IMG/VR virus record: IMGVR_UViG_3300025534_000018
Span: 1-39,963 of that record
Origin: a virus
Taxonomy: Duplodnaviria > Caudoviricetes
Direction: 5' to 3' (one strand)
Length of the DNA: 39,963 nucleotides
Numbering within the stretch: position 1 is the first letter of the stretch; each line of letters opens with the position of its first letter. Positions 16,373-25,766 of this stretch are shown piece after piece. A program made the translations under genes and the position numbers. The notes beneath the pieces were generated by a model. The model did not search any database and was not told the DNA's origin. It worked only from the letters and a program-made list of their open reading frames with translations.

Positions 16373-17677
16373 TCACCTCGGAATGGTTATGCTGAACTGA
16401 TTCTCCTGTGGAAGCGCCTGTATCAATGCCCGGTATCCGTCATAACCGTAAGCTTGAATAAAGGCATCAGCGTTCTTCTCAAGGGTCTTTTTCGCTTCTG
16501 TTGGATTTGAAATCACATACTGATAATCTTTGGCGAAGTCGGGACTTGTCTTGTAGTCGCTGGCTCCCATCGTTTTAGGCTGATTGAGAGAGTCAAGGTA
16601 TTGGGTGTATCGTCTATCTGCATCAAGACGATTCGTCTCAGCGTTCATACGAGACGTTGCGGCGTTCATTCTTGCGACATCCAGATTGCCAAGTTGAATC
16701 TGACGGTTGAGCGCATAGTTCAGGCCGAAGCGTCTGACATCCTCATCAAACTCAGCTTTCCACCTTTGGTCTGCGATCGCATCCCTAGCCGCCTGGTATT
16801 CCATCTGCTCGCGTTGGAGTTGAAGTTGCTGCTGCTGCATGTTCTGATTGAACTGCTGATTCCTCGCATCCAGCGTCGAGAACACATTCGGTATATTCGC
16901 CGCAGCTTGTGCGCTTGTCACGTTCGAATCAATCCATGATGTGTCTAGACCCATTGACCTCAGCTGTGCCCTGATTGCATCCCCTTGTCCCTTATACCTC
17001 GCATATGTTTCTGCCCCCAATCCCGGGCGCTCTGCTTCTTGCTTGAGTGCAAGCAGTTGTTGTACCAGAGGTTGTGCTTGATTCGGAATGTATGTTCCTG
17101 TCAACTGTCCTTCCGTCACACCGCGTCCAAACATGGTATCGTCTCGGTTAGCGTAGAGGTTGATCAGATTGCCAAGGTTGGAAAGTTGGTTCAATCGTTC
17201 GTTGTACGCCCTCTCGTATGCCGCTTGTTCTGCCTGTGCTTCTGCTTGTTGTTGGATCTGACCGATTTGAGAAGCCGTGATCGTGCTGTTTAGGATTCCT
17301 CTCTCGTTGAGGGCTTCCATCGTGTTCTGGCTCGCCCTCCTCGCAGCTTGTTGGATGGACGCATACGACGGATCGGACTGTACATTGTACACGAGTGGAG
17401 CAGCAGCCATCTGCTGATACTGCTTCAGTAGATTGTCCACTTGACTGCGGTAATCGGTTGTTGGTGGCATAGGAACACTGGCTCTTGGGATCGTGGGAGT
17501 AGCTGTTGCTGTCATAGTCGGTGTACTACTTGGTGTGGGTACATTGGATCTTGGTACACTGGAATACGACGCTTGTGTCGAATTTGACTGTGGGAACGGA
17601 ACAACGTTGGACTGTGGGACGGGAACATTTGACTGCGTTTTCTTCTGTTGTGTGGAGTATGGATTCGGTACGGCCAT
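16373..17677 (-). CDS. Gln/Ala-rich internal virion (ejection-like) protein
   Basis: YNVQSDPSY...NTMEALNERGILNS motif, helical low-complexity sequence; AAGGAG SD at MAVPNP. Confidence 0.65.
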   Translation of the reverse strand: MAVPNPYSTQQKKTQSNVPVPQSNVVPFPQSNSTQASYSSVPRSNVPTPSSTPTMTATATPTIPRASVPMPPTTDYRSQVDNLLKQYQQMAAAPLVYNVQSDPSYASIQQAARRASQNTMEALNERGILNSTITASQIGQIQQQAEAQAEQAAYERAYNERLNQLSNLGNLINLYANRDDTMFGRGVTEGQLTGTYIPNQAQPLVQQLLALKQEAERPGLGAETYARYKGQGDAIRAQLRSMGLDTSWIDSNVTSAQAAANIPNVFSTLDARNQQFNQNMQQQQLQLQREQMEYQAARDAIADQRWKAEFDEDVRRFGLNYALNRQIQLGNLDVARMNAATSRMNAETNRLDADRRYTQYLDSLNQPKTMGASDYKTSPDFAKDYQYVISNPTEAKKTLEKNADAFIQAYGYDGYRALIQALPQENQFSITIPR

Positions 17678-17694
17678 GTTATCACTCCTTAAAT

Positions 17695-17720
17695 AAAAAA
17701 GCCGCCTATTGGCGACTTTT
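17695..17720. terminator. Terminator-like hairpin
   Basis: AAAAAAGCCGCC-TATT-GGCGACTTTT with T-tracts on both strands. Confidence 0.5.
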
Positions 17721-17789
17721 GGTATAATATAGTTGTCCAGTAAGCAGGGGCAGTCGGCATCCATCTTCCCATGAAGGGAGGTGATGCCC

Positions 17790-17873
17790 ATGAGTGTTTA
17801 TGAAGCCATATCACTCATGATCTCCTTTGGAGCGTTAATTGTGATGATATTAACGTTTAACAAAAGGAAATAG
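17790..17873 (+). CDS. Type I toxin, holin-like toxin family (27 aa)
   Basis: MSVYEAISLMISFGALIVMILTFNKRK; GGAGGTG SD in a hairpin; TGGTATAAT promoter at 17720-17728; terminator 17941-17971. Confidence 0.85.
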   Translation: MSVYEAISLMISFGALIVMILTFNKRK

Positions 17874-17974
17874 ACCGCCCCTCTGGTAAGGTATCGGTCT
17901 ATTCCTTGGTGTTTAGCCGACTGCCTTCGGCTTACTGGATGACCGCAGGTGCTGCAACATCTGCGGTCTTTACT
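17861..17974 (-). ncRNA. Antisense antitoxin RNA (type I TA)
   Basis: Minus-strand TTGCAC-17-TATCAT promoter (18009-17981); terminator hairpin 17866-17905 with T-tract; overlaps the 3' end of the toxin mRNA. Confidence 0.75.
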
Positions 17975-18011
17975 ATTTTTATGATAAATCATGCTGTTTA
18001 TACGTGCAAGG

Positions 18012-18629
18012 TTATTGTTGCTTCACCTCTTCTAGTTGTTTTCTTAAAGATTCCCAATATTCCAGTCTTGATTGCAACTTTGGCAATTCGCCACGGTACA
18101 TTTCGATAATATGCTCAGGATATACAGTTACGCCATTCTGACTTGCTTCCTCTTGTATAGATATTGCATGGTTCAGCGTGTTCATCCATCCTTTGATATC
18201 TCTGATCCGTTCTTCGACATATTCTATTGTTACGTTTTCTGGAGGATCGAAGAATAATCTATCATAAGAGTATCCGAATGGACCGACTTGACTTCCAGGA
18301 ATCACCTCATCCACCTCATCTTTTTGGTTAATTGATATACCATCCTTTACCGGCCATATATCAGGAGCAGCAATCTCAACCGTTGTTGTTTCTTGGTTCC
18401 AGTTCACTTCATATCCCATGACTTTCTCAACAATCTCACGCACCGGAAGATACGTCCGTTGGTCATATACAATTGGTGCAAGGTCAAGATCGACATGCTC
18501 ACCCTCGACTGCTACTTTGATATCAGGATTGACATATGCCGATATTTTCTCGTATGCTGTCTGACCTAACGCTGACACAGGAACCATGATGATGATACCC
18601 ATGATAAACCCAAGCAGAAATTTCCTCAT
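18012..18629 (-). CDS. Secreted stalk-domain (copper amine oxidase N-terminal-like) protein
   Basis: Signal peptide MRKFLLGFIMGIIIMVPVSALG; PIVYDQRTYLPVREIVE..GYEVNWNQETTTVEI motif. Confidence 0.8.
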   Translation of the reverse strand: MRKFLLGFIMGIIIMVPVSALGQTAYEKISAYVNPDIKVAVEGEHVDLDLAPIVYDQRTYLPVREIVEKVMGYEVNWNQETTTVEIAAPDIWPVKDGISINQKDEVDEVIPGSQVGPFGYSYDRLFFDPPENVTIEYVEERIRDIKGWMNTLNHAISIQEEASQNGVTVYPEHIIEMYRGELPKLQSRLEYWESLRKQLEEVKQQ

Positions 18630-18671
18630 AATCCTCATTCCTTTTCTTGAATTTACCATGAGTATAAAATA

Positions 18672-19448
18672 TTACACCACAGTTGTCAGCACTCCATTGG
18701 TAAAATACAGTGTTTTTGTTCCACCAAAACCATCACCTACGACAACAGGGCCGTTGTATCCGTTGAAATGATCGGCCTTGTTATTGATTTCATCCTCCAA
18801 GTCCATCACGATATTCCATATGCTATCCCCACTCATCTCATCACGCAAATTGTTGAAATTGACAAAAACAATGTCATCCAGTCGGATTATTGGGAAATCA
18901 AGTCGAATCTCCCTTGTCCCGTTGAAAGACAGGTAGTAAGAGTTCATATCGAACTCAACATAATCGCTCCCATCATGAATCCGAATATATGGATCAGTTG
19001 TCCCTCCGTAGTAATTGACGCATCCGATCTGAACATATTTTGTCGCATTAGCATAGAATGTGATTTGATTGCTGCCAGGATCAATGACAATGCGCGGATA
19101 TGTCGTCGTACTGGAATACAACGCATTCCCCTGAATCGTCCAACCGCCGATCATACCTGCCAATGCCGTGATGATTCCCGTGATAGATAAGTTTCCGGTA
19201 TCAAGATCAAAATTGAACGTGTTGGTTGAACCGTTATTCGCTACGATTCCTTCTTCGTTGATGAGATACCACTTGGTTCCCTTCCGTACTCTGATCTCGT
19301 TGATGTTGTCGAAGTCAATACCACCATCGTTTAGCAGGTAATTCAACGTTTTCTGAGTCTTAGCCAGTTCGTTTGTCAAATAGTCGATTTGCTCTTGAAG
19401 AGTCTTTTCGCGTTGTGATTGGACGATGTGAATATTTTCGGTTGGCAT
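18672..19448 (-). CDS. Tail protein (needle/fibre-like)
   Basis: N-terminal coiled coil, GMIGGWTI motif, beta-rich; in the tail cluster. Confidence 0.6.
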   Translation of the reverse strand: MPTENIHIVQSQREKTLQEQIDYLTNELAKTQKTLNYLLNDGGIDFDNINEIRVRKGTKWYLINEEGIVANNGSTNTFNFDLDTGNLSITGIITALAGMIGGWTIQGNALYSSTTTYPRIVIDPGSNQITFYANATKYVQIGCVNYYGGTTDPYIRIHDGSDYVEFDMNSYYLSFNGTREIRLDFPIIRLDDIVFVNFNNLRDEMSGDSIWNIVMDLEDEINNKADHFNGYNGPVVVGDGFGGTKTLYFTNGVLTTVV

Positions 19449-19452
19449 ATCA

Positions 19453-20856
19453 TCACCTCATTGGCATTTCGCGGAATTGACGTGTGATTTCGTGTATCGT
19501 TACTTTTCCCGTACCCTCTAATTTGATCCTCACCGCATTGGCGTTTGCAATAGAGTTGGTCGGAATCAGGATTTTCTTGAATTGCATATCCGCATCGGTT
19601 GTGAGCGTCTTTGCCAGAACCCAATCATTACCCCTGACGGACGGGCTAAGGTAAATTCTCATCGTGCTTCCTGCCGGCAGATCAACCACCACATAGAGTT
19701 TGAACCAATGCTGTTTACGTGCCGCTGTAGCCGCTGTAAACGGCTTTGTCACGGCTTTCCACGATATATTTGCTCCATTGTCCTTATCGCCATCTAAACG
19801 CAGCACACGCCCCGTAGAATCGCCTATATAGAGGTCTTGTCCGATACGAATCATGTGAGTCGGAGAGATCCCCGTCCACGGATACCAAGCTTGGTAACGC
19901 GGATTGTATTGCAGGATGGTGTCAGTCTCGGTCGATTTATACGGGATTCCAAAGTAGATATGCTCTCCATCACTAGCAGTAACTGACTTAGATAGATTCG
20001 CCTTGTTAGAATCGCGTATAAACGACTGTACGGCCTGCGAGAAGCGTTTTTCTGGTCTTACCCCACCTTGATATAGGTAAATTCCATCACGACTAATAAA
20101 GGGCATTATGTCGTCGTGGATCGATGCCGCTTTATCCGCTACGACACCAATGTCTGTAGCGGCAGGCTGGAGTCTGTAACTCGTTGGCCCTTTGCCCCAT
20201 AGTTCGTAGATGGAGGAAGGCTTCAGAACCGTCACATGACCGATACCCTCGTTCAAACCGATGATCGTTTCCCCGTCATTCGTTTCATGGACGATCGATC
20301 CGGCATCGTCTACGGTTGTCCAGTCATCAGCCTTATTGAGTGCAGAAAATCGTATCTCGTTTCCTACCGCACAATATAGTCGATTGGATTGGGTGCAGAT
20401 GTAGTTACCACCGGATGGAGCGCCTGACAGATTGGAGACGGTTGAACCGTCATATCGCTTGATCGGATCCACGCCATTACTGCCGATAAGATTGATGCCA
20501 GACAGATTCCCCTTGAAGTTAGCAAACGTCCATTCCGCCGATGTGTTCAGACCGGTTGCAAGCTGCGTCCATGTACCGTCTGAATTAAGCCTTCGCCATG
20601 TGCCATCATTAAACACCATATGCAACTCTTGATCCTTCCATGCACCCATGCCAAGTACACGTGTCCCGAATTTTCCTACCTGCGTATATCCCGGGCGTGT
20701 AGTGAGCGCAGGAAATGCCGAAGGGGACATGTTTTCCAGATCAACAAAAAGGGACTCGGATAATCCGAATCCCTCATCATCTGGCTTATATACGCCTTGA
20801 AAGGTTCTTATGGGTATAGGTTCACTTATTCCACGAACTGGATTCCAGTATGCCAA
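19453..20856 (-). CDS. Podovirus nozzle/tail stabilisation protein (P22 gp10/T7 gp12-like)
   Basis: 467-aa beta-propeller-like sequence, PALTTRPG N-terminus, NRLY...IRFSALN..DDW. Confidence 0.7.
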   Translation of the reverse strand: MAYWNPVRGISEPIPIRTFQGVYKPDDEGFGLSESLFVDLENMSPSAFPALTTRPGYTQVGKFGTRVLGMGAWKDQELHMVFNDGTWRRLNSDGTWTQLATGLNTSAEWTFANFKGNLSGINLIGSNGVDPIKRYDGSTVSNLSGAPSGGNYICTQSNRLYCAVGNEIRFSALNKADDWTTVDDAGSIVHETNDGETIIGLNEGIGHVTVLKPSSIYELWGKGPTSYRLQPAATDIGVVADKAASIHDDIMPFISRDGIYLYQGGVRPEKRFSQAVQSFIRDSNKANLSKSVTASDGEHIYFGIPYKSTETDTILQYNPRYQAWYPWTGISPTHMIRIGQDLYIGDSTGRVLRLDGDKDNGANISWKAVTKPFTAATAARKQHWFKLYVVVDLPAGSTMRIYLSPSVRGNDWVLAKTLTTDADMQFKKILIPTNSIANANAVRIKLEGTGKVTIHEITRQFREMPMR

Positions 20857-20897
20857 ATGATCACCTTCTTTCTGTCGCGCATAATCGTCCTAATATG

Positions 20898-22397
20898 TTA
20901 AATCTCATAGGTAATCGTAAACCGTAGAGTATCGTTGGCCGCCCAAGTCATCGGACTGTTAGATTGCACGGGATTAGGGCTGTTGTTGGTGTAAAACACC
21001 GCCGTAGTGCTGCCTGCGTTTACTTCTACAAGACCAACATACATTGTCGTGCCAGAGTCAAGGATACGGGCAATTCCTTGAGCGCGTTCGCCGCCCGAGA
21101 GAGCGGGAAAGGGAAGTGAAATCTGAAACGCCCCTGTACCGAATGTCGTCGTTGACCCAGCGGTTAGATCTACCTGAACAGTACATAGCCTGCCTGATAA
21201 AGTGTATCTGCCTTTTAGTGTGCCGTTACCAATATCCGGTTGTGTACTCCCATTCGTCGACCACTGCGGGGTGTACGCCGATTGATACACCAGTATGCAG
21301 TCCTTTGTGGGCAGACCTGGGGCGAGTGTGTTAAACCCATTTGCGTACACTTCCCTTTCGGGGGGATCCATCATTGTAAGCAGAAATAATGACGGGATGT
21401 CACTTTGAATGAAATACATATTATCATGTAAACTACTTGATGTGAGGTATACGTATCCTGATACTATCGTTACTCGACTAACACCCGATTTGTGCCAAAT
21501 GAACGAATTTACCCCCACTGGATTTGTGTTCACTAAGCTCCCAAACGTGCAATTCTCAACATACACATCCCAATTTGACCCATCTAGTACGATAGACGGG
21601 CCTCTGCTTTCGAAATAACAATTCGTCAGGGAAGTGCTTTTTGTTTTTAGAAATTTTATACCAAAACTCTCTCCCGCAAACTCAGTATTTAGAAACTGGT
21701 TGGCGACCGCACCTATTCCCGTCCCGCAGTCTACTATCGCCGCCCCTTCTCCCCCTCGGAAGAAGCATGTGTCAAATATATTAGCGTTTGAAAAGTCCTT
21801 CCCGTCGACTTTTAAGGCTATACCTGACACATCGGCACGGCAATTCTTAAAATTATTCCATAGTGTCCCGAGTATGGTTGGGTCTCCTACCTCAAAACCA
21901 TCTACACATTCGATCACTGATACATTTTCGATCACACAATGTACGGCATAGGTCATCTTAAGCCCAAGAGTGCCATTTCTTAATCCTAGGTTCTTGATAG
22001 AGTAGGTGATCTTATCAGCTGTTACGCTCTCTTGCACCAAGATCGCATGATCACCGCTACCCTCAATAATCGTACCGGATTGATTGTTGTATCCTCCCAT
22101 CACTCCGAATATCTCTAAGCCGGAGACATCTAAAGATGCGCTAATTTTATAAGTGCTAGAAGGTAGGAATACTGGTGTTTTATTATCTCTGCAGTAATCA
22201 AAGATCGCTCCTAATGCTGCTGTGTCATCCGTCGTGCCGTCACCTAGAGCGGCGACAAGTGGCGACGGTGGATGTTTGACGTTAACAGCTCGTGTCAGAG
22301 TATCCGCCTTTAATTCATCGAATAGATTAGTTGGCGTATCTGCTGCCTTTATCAACTTCTCCAGTTCCCTTGCCGCTATTTCCATTGCTGTTGACAT
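20898..22397 (-). CDS. Tail spike with pectate-lyase-like beta-helix
   Basis: AVNVK...ALGDGTTDDTAAL...VFLPSSTYKIS; Asn/Cys ladder repeats; C-terminal beta-sandwich. Confidence 0.8.
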   Translation of the reverse strand: MSTAMEIAARELEKLIKAADTPTNLFDELKADTLTRAVNVKHPPSPLVAALGDGTTDDTAALGAIFDYCRDNKTPVFLPSSTYKISASLDVSGLEIFGVMGGYNNQSGTIIEGSGDHAILVQESVTADKITYSIKNLGLRNGTLGLKMTYAVHCVIENVSVIECVDGFEVGDPTILGTLWNNFKNCRADVSGIALKVDGKDFSNANIFDTCFFRGGEGAAIVDCGTGIGAVANQFLNTEFAGESFGIKFLKTKSTSLTNCYFESRGPSIVLDGSNWDVYVENCTFGSLVNTNPVGVNSFIWHKSGVSRVTIVSGYVYLTSSSLHDNMYFIQSDIPSLFLLTMMDPPEREVYANGFNTLAPGLPTKDCILVYQSAYTPQWSTNGSTQPDIGNGTLKGRYTLSGRLCTVQVDLTAGSTTTFGTGAFQISLPFPALSGGERAQGIARILDSGTTMYVGLVEVNAGSTTAVFYTNNSPNPVQSNSPMTWAANDTLRFTITYEI

Positions 22398-22401
22398 ATG
22401 A

Positions 22402-22971
22402 TCACCACCTATTCGTTATAATGACTCGTTTATTCCCCATCTTCCGAAGATGCCGTTCTGCGTCCTTCAATATCTCGTCATACTTCCGTTGGAAGTTATT
22501 GACCATATCAACGTCTCGCTGAATCTCTGCGATCCATATTGCCAGTCCATATACAAGAATCTCGTGATAATCCTCCGGGAATGTGGGGACGGTAGACAGA
22601 TTCGATGCGCTCAATTCAACATGTCTAGGCTGGTAGAAAATCACGCATGTCTGATCAGGCGTGTTGGGATATAGAAAAAGATGGTCTGCCACGACCGTAC
22701 AAAACGGTCTGTTTGGCCTATCATCTTCCGGTGTGACCCTCTTGTATTCGATCCCGTTCACAACTACACTTCTGATCCGTTCTTCAGAAACGTCATCAGG
22801 TAATGTGTAGTATGGGATGTTTGTCGTGGTGAACTTCACGAATTTATCTGGTACCGGAAACCTCCTGAATAGTTGCTTGGATATCTCGTTGATTGTGGTC
22901 ACCTTTTGCTGTGTTGATATGTCATTGTCTATCAATAGATCAACCCGTTCAAGGATCGTTTGCAGATTCAC
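22402..22971 (-). CDS. Head-tail adaptor protein
   Basis: YYTLPDD...LFLYP...VPTFPEDYHEILVYGLA motif typical of podovirus adaptors. Confidence 0.75.
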   Translation of the reverse strand: MNLQTILERVDLLIDNDISTQQKVTTINEISKQLFRRFPVPDKFVKFTTTNIPYYTLPDDVSEERIRSVVVNGIEYKRVTPEDDRPNRPFCTVVADHLFLYPNTPDQTCVIFYQPRHVELSASNLSTVPTFPEDYHEILVYGLAIWIAEIQRDVDMVNNFQRKYDEILKDAERHLRKMGNKRVIITNRW

Positions 22972-22983
22972 ACTATCACCGCC

Positions 22984-23340
22984 TTAGTCGATGGATCGGC
23001 TTACCTTCATACGGAAGGAAGAAAGAATGTTGTCAGCCAGGTCATGCGCCATGTCGCTGATTCGTTTCTCTTGCTCTCGTTCTCTCTTGTTGAGTTCTTG
23101 ATCAAGGTATTTGAATATGTTAAACCCGTTTCTCGGGTGAATTTCCATGTACTTAGCGACCGTTCTATGGTCGAGTTTACCTGCTGGCACAGTAAATGCG
23201 ACGTATTCTTCTCTGTTCACCGGATCATAGCAAATGAGCCTATGTAGTCCTCTCTTTTCGTCAAAGTCAATTCTGCGGAAATAATCAGGATCGTATTGTT
23301 GAAGTCGTTCTTCAATGTGATAGATGTCATATTTCGCCAT
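22984..23340 (-). CDS. Hypothetical protein after the capsid gene
   Basis: 118-aa ORF, GGAGG SD. Confidence 0.7.
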   Translation of the reverse strand: MAKYDIYHIEERLQQYDPDYFRRIDFDEKRGLHRLICYDPVNREEYVAFTVPAGKLDHRTVAKYMEIHPRNGFNIFKYLDQELNKREREQEKRISDMAHDLADNILSSFRMKVSRSID

Positions 23341-23362
23341 TATCTACCCCTCCGTGATAATG

Positions 23363-23390
23363 AAAAAGGGAGAGCATAAAGCCCTCCCTC
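23363..23390 (-). terminator. Terminator after the major capsid gene
   Basis: GGGAGGGC-TTTAT-GCTCTCCC followed by TTTTT on the minus strand. Confidence 0.65.
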
Positions 23391-23397
23391 ATTCGCA

Positions 23398-24573
23398 TTA
23401 ATATCCTACCGGTTCTGTCAGGTCTTCCAGCGCTGTGTGTGCGTTCCTCTTGTAGGTAATGAGTGTCTCATAGCAGAACATGGTGGCTTCGTACTTGTCG
23501 TATCCTGGAACCTTGGAGAGAACAGCGCCCTTGTCATCTTCCATCCATTCGAAGTCGGACAGTTGATACAGGTCGAGTTCGTCCATGTCCAGGAAGTACA
23601 TCTTGCCGGAGTGATGATAGCGGTCAACCACAATCGGGCGACCATCATATTCCAGCGTCTTGTGACCGCCTTCAAGTTCCATTGGAGAAACAATTCTCAC
23701 TTGGTTTTGAAGCAATGCTTCATATGCTGCACGAATGCCGTAAGAAGATGTGATCATGTTGATCTGGCTTCCTTGCAGCTCTGAAAGATCAACAGCCTGC
23801 CTCATAAGCTGTTGGCTGAGAGAACGAGGCGTGCCGTTATTGCGCAGTACGTTTGGTTTCCACCATGTGTCTGTGGCAGGGTTGATACCTTGTAGAGAAA
23901 GTGTCGTACTCATGATACCGCCGAGACCCATGGCTTCGTTGTTGTAGTCGCCGGTCACAACGGCAATATCCGTATTGACAGTTGTCACGTTTGCGCCAGA
24001 GATGGTGATTGTCTTGTTTGCAACATCGATCGCAGTGATTTCACGCCCTGCTACGGATACCACGCCGCCGGACGAGATGATGTCGATGATCATGCCGACT
24101 TGGAAGTATTTCACGCTGTCCACTGTCAGTGTCGTGGTGGATGTATTCGCATCAAATGTTGCCAACTTACCAGTACCATCACCAAACAGAGCGCGTGCAC
24201 GCTGGTCTTTCAGGTCACGCAGCAGTCCTCTCATTTCGGAATCGACGGCACGAATGAAAGCACCCTTGTCGTTTCTCATGGCCTTGATGGTAGGACCAGT
24301 GATTTCGATCTGACCATACAGGTACTTCGTATTCCCTGTTGATTCCTTGTATTTTTGGTGCCCAGCAGCCGGAAGTTGAGCGCCTTCAGAACGGTAACCA
24401 ACACCATTGTTTCGTCCATAGTGCAGAGGAACGTAGAAACGCTTTCCTGTTGCCTCCTGCTTCTTTGCGACAAGCTTCTGAATGACCGGATTGTCATTGT
24501 TCAGCTGCTCACGCACCGGCGGCAGATAATCTTCTTTGAGTACCGCATTTGCGGCGGACAGGTCAAATGCCAT
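23398..24573 (-). CDS. Major capsid protein
   Basis: 391 aa after scaffold; LKEDY...FYVPLHYGRN, ALFGDGTG, YDGRPIVVD motifs. Confidence 0.9.
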   Translation of the reverse strand: MAFDLSAANAVLKEDYLPPVREQLNNDNPVIQKLVAKKQEATGKRFYVPLHYGRNNGVGYRSEGAQLPAAGHQKYKESTGNTKYLYGQIEITGPTIKAMRNDKGAFIRAVDSEMRGLLRDLKDQRARALFGDGTGKLATFDANTSTTTLTVDSVKYFQVGMIIDIISSGGVVSVAGREITAIDVANKTITISGANVTTVNTDIAVVTGDYNNEAMGLGGIMSTTLSLQGINPATDTWWKPNVLRNNGTPRSLSQQLMRQAVDLSELQGSQINMITSSYGIRAAYEALLQNQVRIVSPMELEGGHKTLEYDGRPIVVDRYHHSGKMYFLDMDELDLYQLSDFEWMEDDKGAVLSKVPGYDKYEATMFCYETLITYKRNAHTALEDLTEPVGY

Positions 24574-24590
24574 AGTTTATCATCCTCCAA

Positions 24591-25391
24591 TTATTTGAAA
24601 TAGTCTCTTTGTAACGCCCTTTCTCGGGCTTCTGCGAATGTTTTTGGTGGGGTAGGCGCTACTGCACCTGTTCCCCTTGCTCCATCTACTTTAGGGATGT
24701 TTGTCTTTGCTTCAATAAGCTTCTTCATGCCCTCCTTTTCCGCTTGTTCGAGCTGCTTTTCCAGGATATCTGCTTTCATGGCTTTGAAGGCAATCTCTGG
24801 ATTTTCTGTCTTGTTCTCGTACATATACTTCCAGAGCTCCTTGTAATCCAGAGGTTTGCCATCCAATTGCTTGCCCTCACAGAATTCCTTCAATGTCTGC
24901 TCGAACTGTTGAGTCTGTTGTGCTTCCTGTTGCAGTTTCTCGATCTCATCAACTTTTGCTGCTTTTCTCTCCAGTTCGTCCAGACGTTTTAGGACTTCGG
25001 GAGGAAGGTTTTCCTTCTCCGCTCTCTCCTGCAACTCTGCGAGTTCAAGCTGCTCTTTCAAGGTCATGGGATCGCTGATGTTGTTCTGCTTCATAAGAAA
25101 ATCTAGTGCTTTCCTTGCGATATCATGATCCTTGTACTTTTCCAACTCCGCTTGACGTTCTTTTTCCCACTTCTCACGCTCTGCTGCGAGACGTTTGGCG
25201 AACGCCTTCTCGAAGCTGTTTCCCTTCTCCTTTGGCTCGGCGGCAGCCTGTTCTTCTACGCCCGTTTCAGGATCGGATTCGTTGTTTTCTGGTGGTGCAG
25301 GAATTTGTTCCTCGGCGGCAGGAACACTTTCAACGCCCGTTTCTTCTGCAAAAAGTTGCAGATCAAGTGTCAATGCATAAGGTTTCTTCAT
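24591..25391 (-). CDS. Capsid scaffolding protein
   Basis: LDLQLFAE N-terminal motif, acidic linker, KRLAAERE coiled coil; between portal and MCP. Confidence 0.85.
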   Translation of the reverse strand: MKKPYALTLDLQLFAEETGVESVPAAEEQIPAPPENNESDPETGVEEQAAAEPKEKGNSFEKAFAKRLAAEREKWEKERQAELEKYKDHDIARKALDFLMKQNNISDPMTLKEQLELAELQERAEKENLPPEVLKRLDELERKAAKVDEIEKLQQEAQQTQQFEQTLKEFCEGKQLDGKPLDYKELWKYMYENKTENPEIAFKAMKADILEKQLEQAEKEGMKKLIEAKTNIPKVDGARGTGAVAPTPPKTFAEARERALQRDYFK

Positions 25392-25437
25392 GGTACTTCT
25401 CCTTTCTTAGCGGCGGCCTAAGATCATTCAACGCCCG
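25234..25437 (-). repeat. Three copies of a CGGGCGTWGAA-N9-GCCGCCG hairpin/pseudoknot motif
   Basis: Copies at 25406-25437, 25306-25339 and 25234-25264, each with a different closing stem. Confidence 0.8.
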
Positions 25438-25518
25438 AACGGTTGTAATAGAATAGGCCGCAGGATTCTCACCTACGGCCTGTGTATTGAACTATCGAAC
25501 TTCGTTAGTTGAATAAGA

Positions 25519-25704
25519 TTACTGTTCTACAGACTCCTCATGTGTCTGAATCGCGTAGGTTACTCCGTCAAAATCGGCTTGAGTAAACCAGCCTTTTGCC
25601 AAGTAATTCGCAGCGAAGATGTTCACCTGCGGCTCTGTGAAAGACCCATCCCGATAGCCACGAAGCAGATTAGTCTTGAGGAATTCGGTCATATTGAACG
25701 TCAT
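25519..25704 (-). CDS. Small hypothetical protein (61 aa)
   Basis: GGAGGTG SD; inserted between portal and scaffold. Confidence 0.6.
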   Translation of the reverse strand: MTFNMTEFLKTNLLRGYRDGSFTEPQVNIFAANYLAKGWFTQADFDGVTYAIQTHEESVEQ

Positions 25705-25766
25705 CAGCTTCCACCTCCAAGCGAGACAACCGCATTCTCCAACTCTTTGATTTTCTTGAAGTACAT

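Noticed and set aside
12022-17293. Numerous plus-strand ORFs opposite the virion genes
   Set aside because: Antisense shadows of long minus-strand genes, without SDs or recognisable motifs
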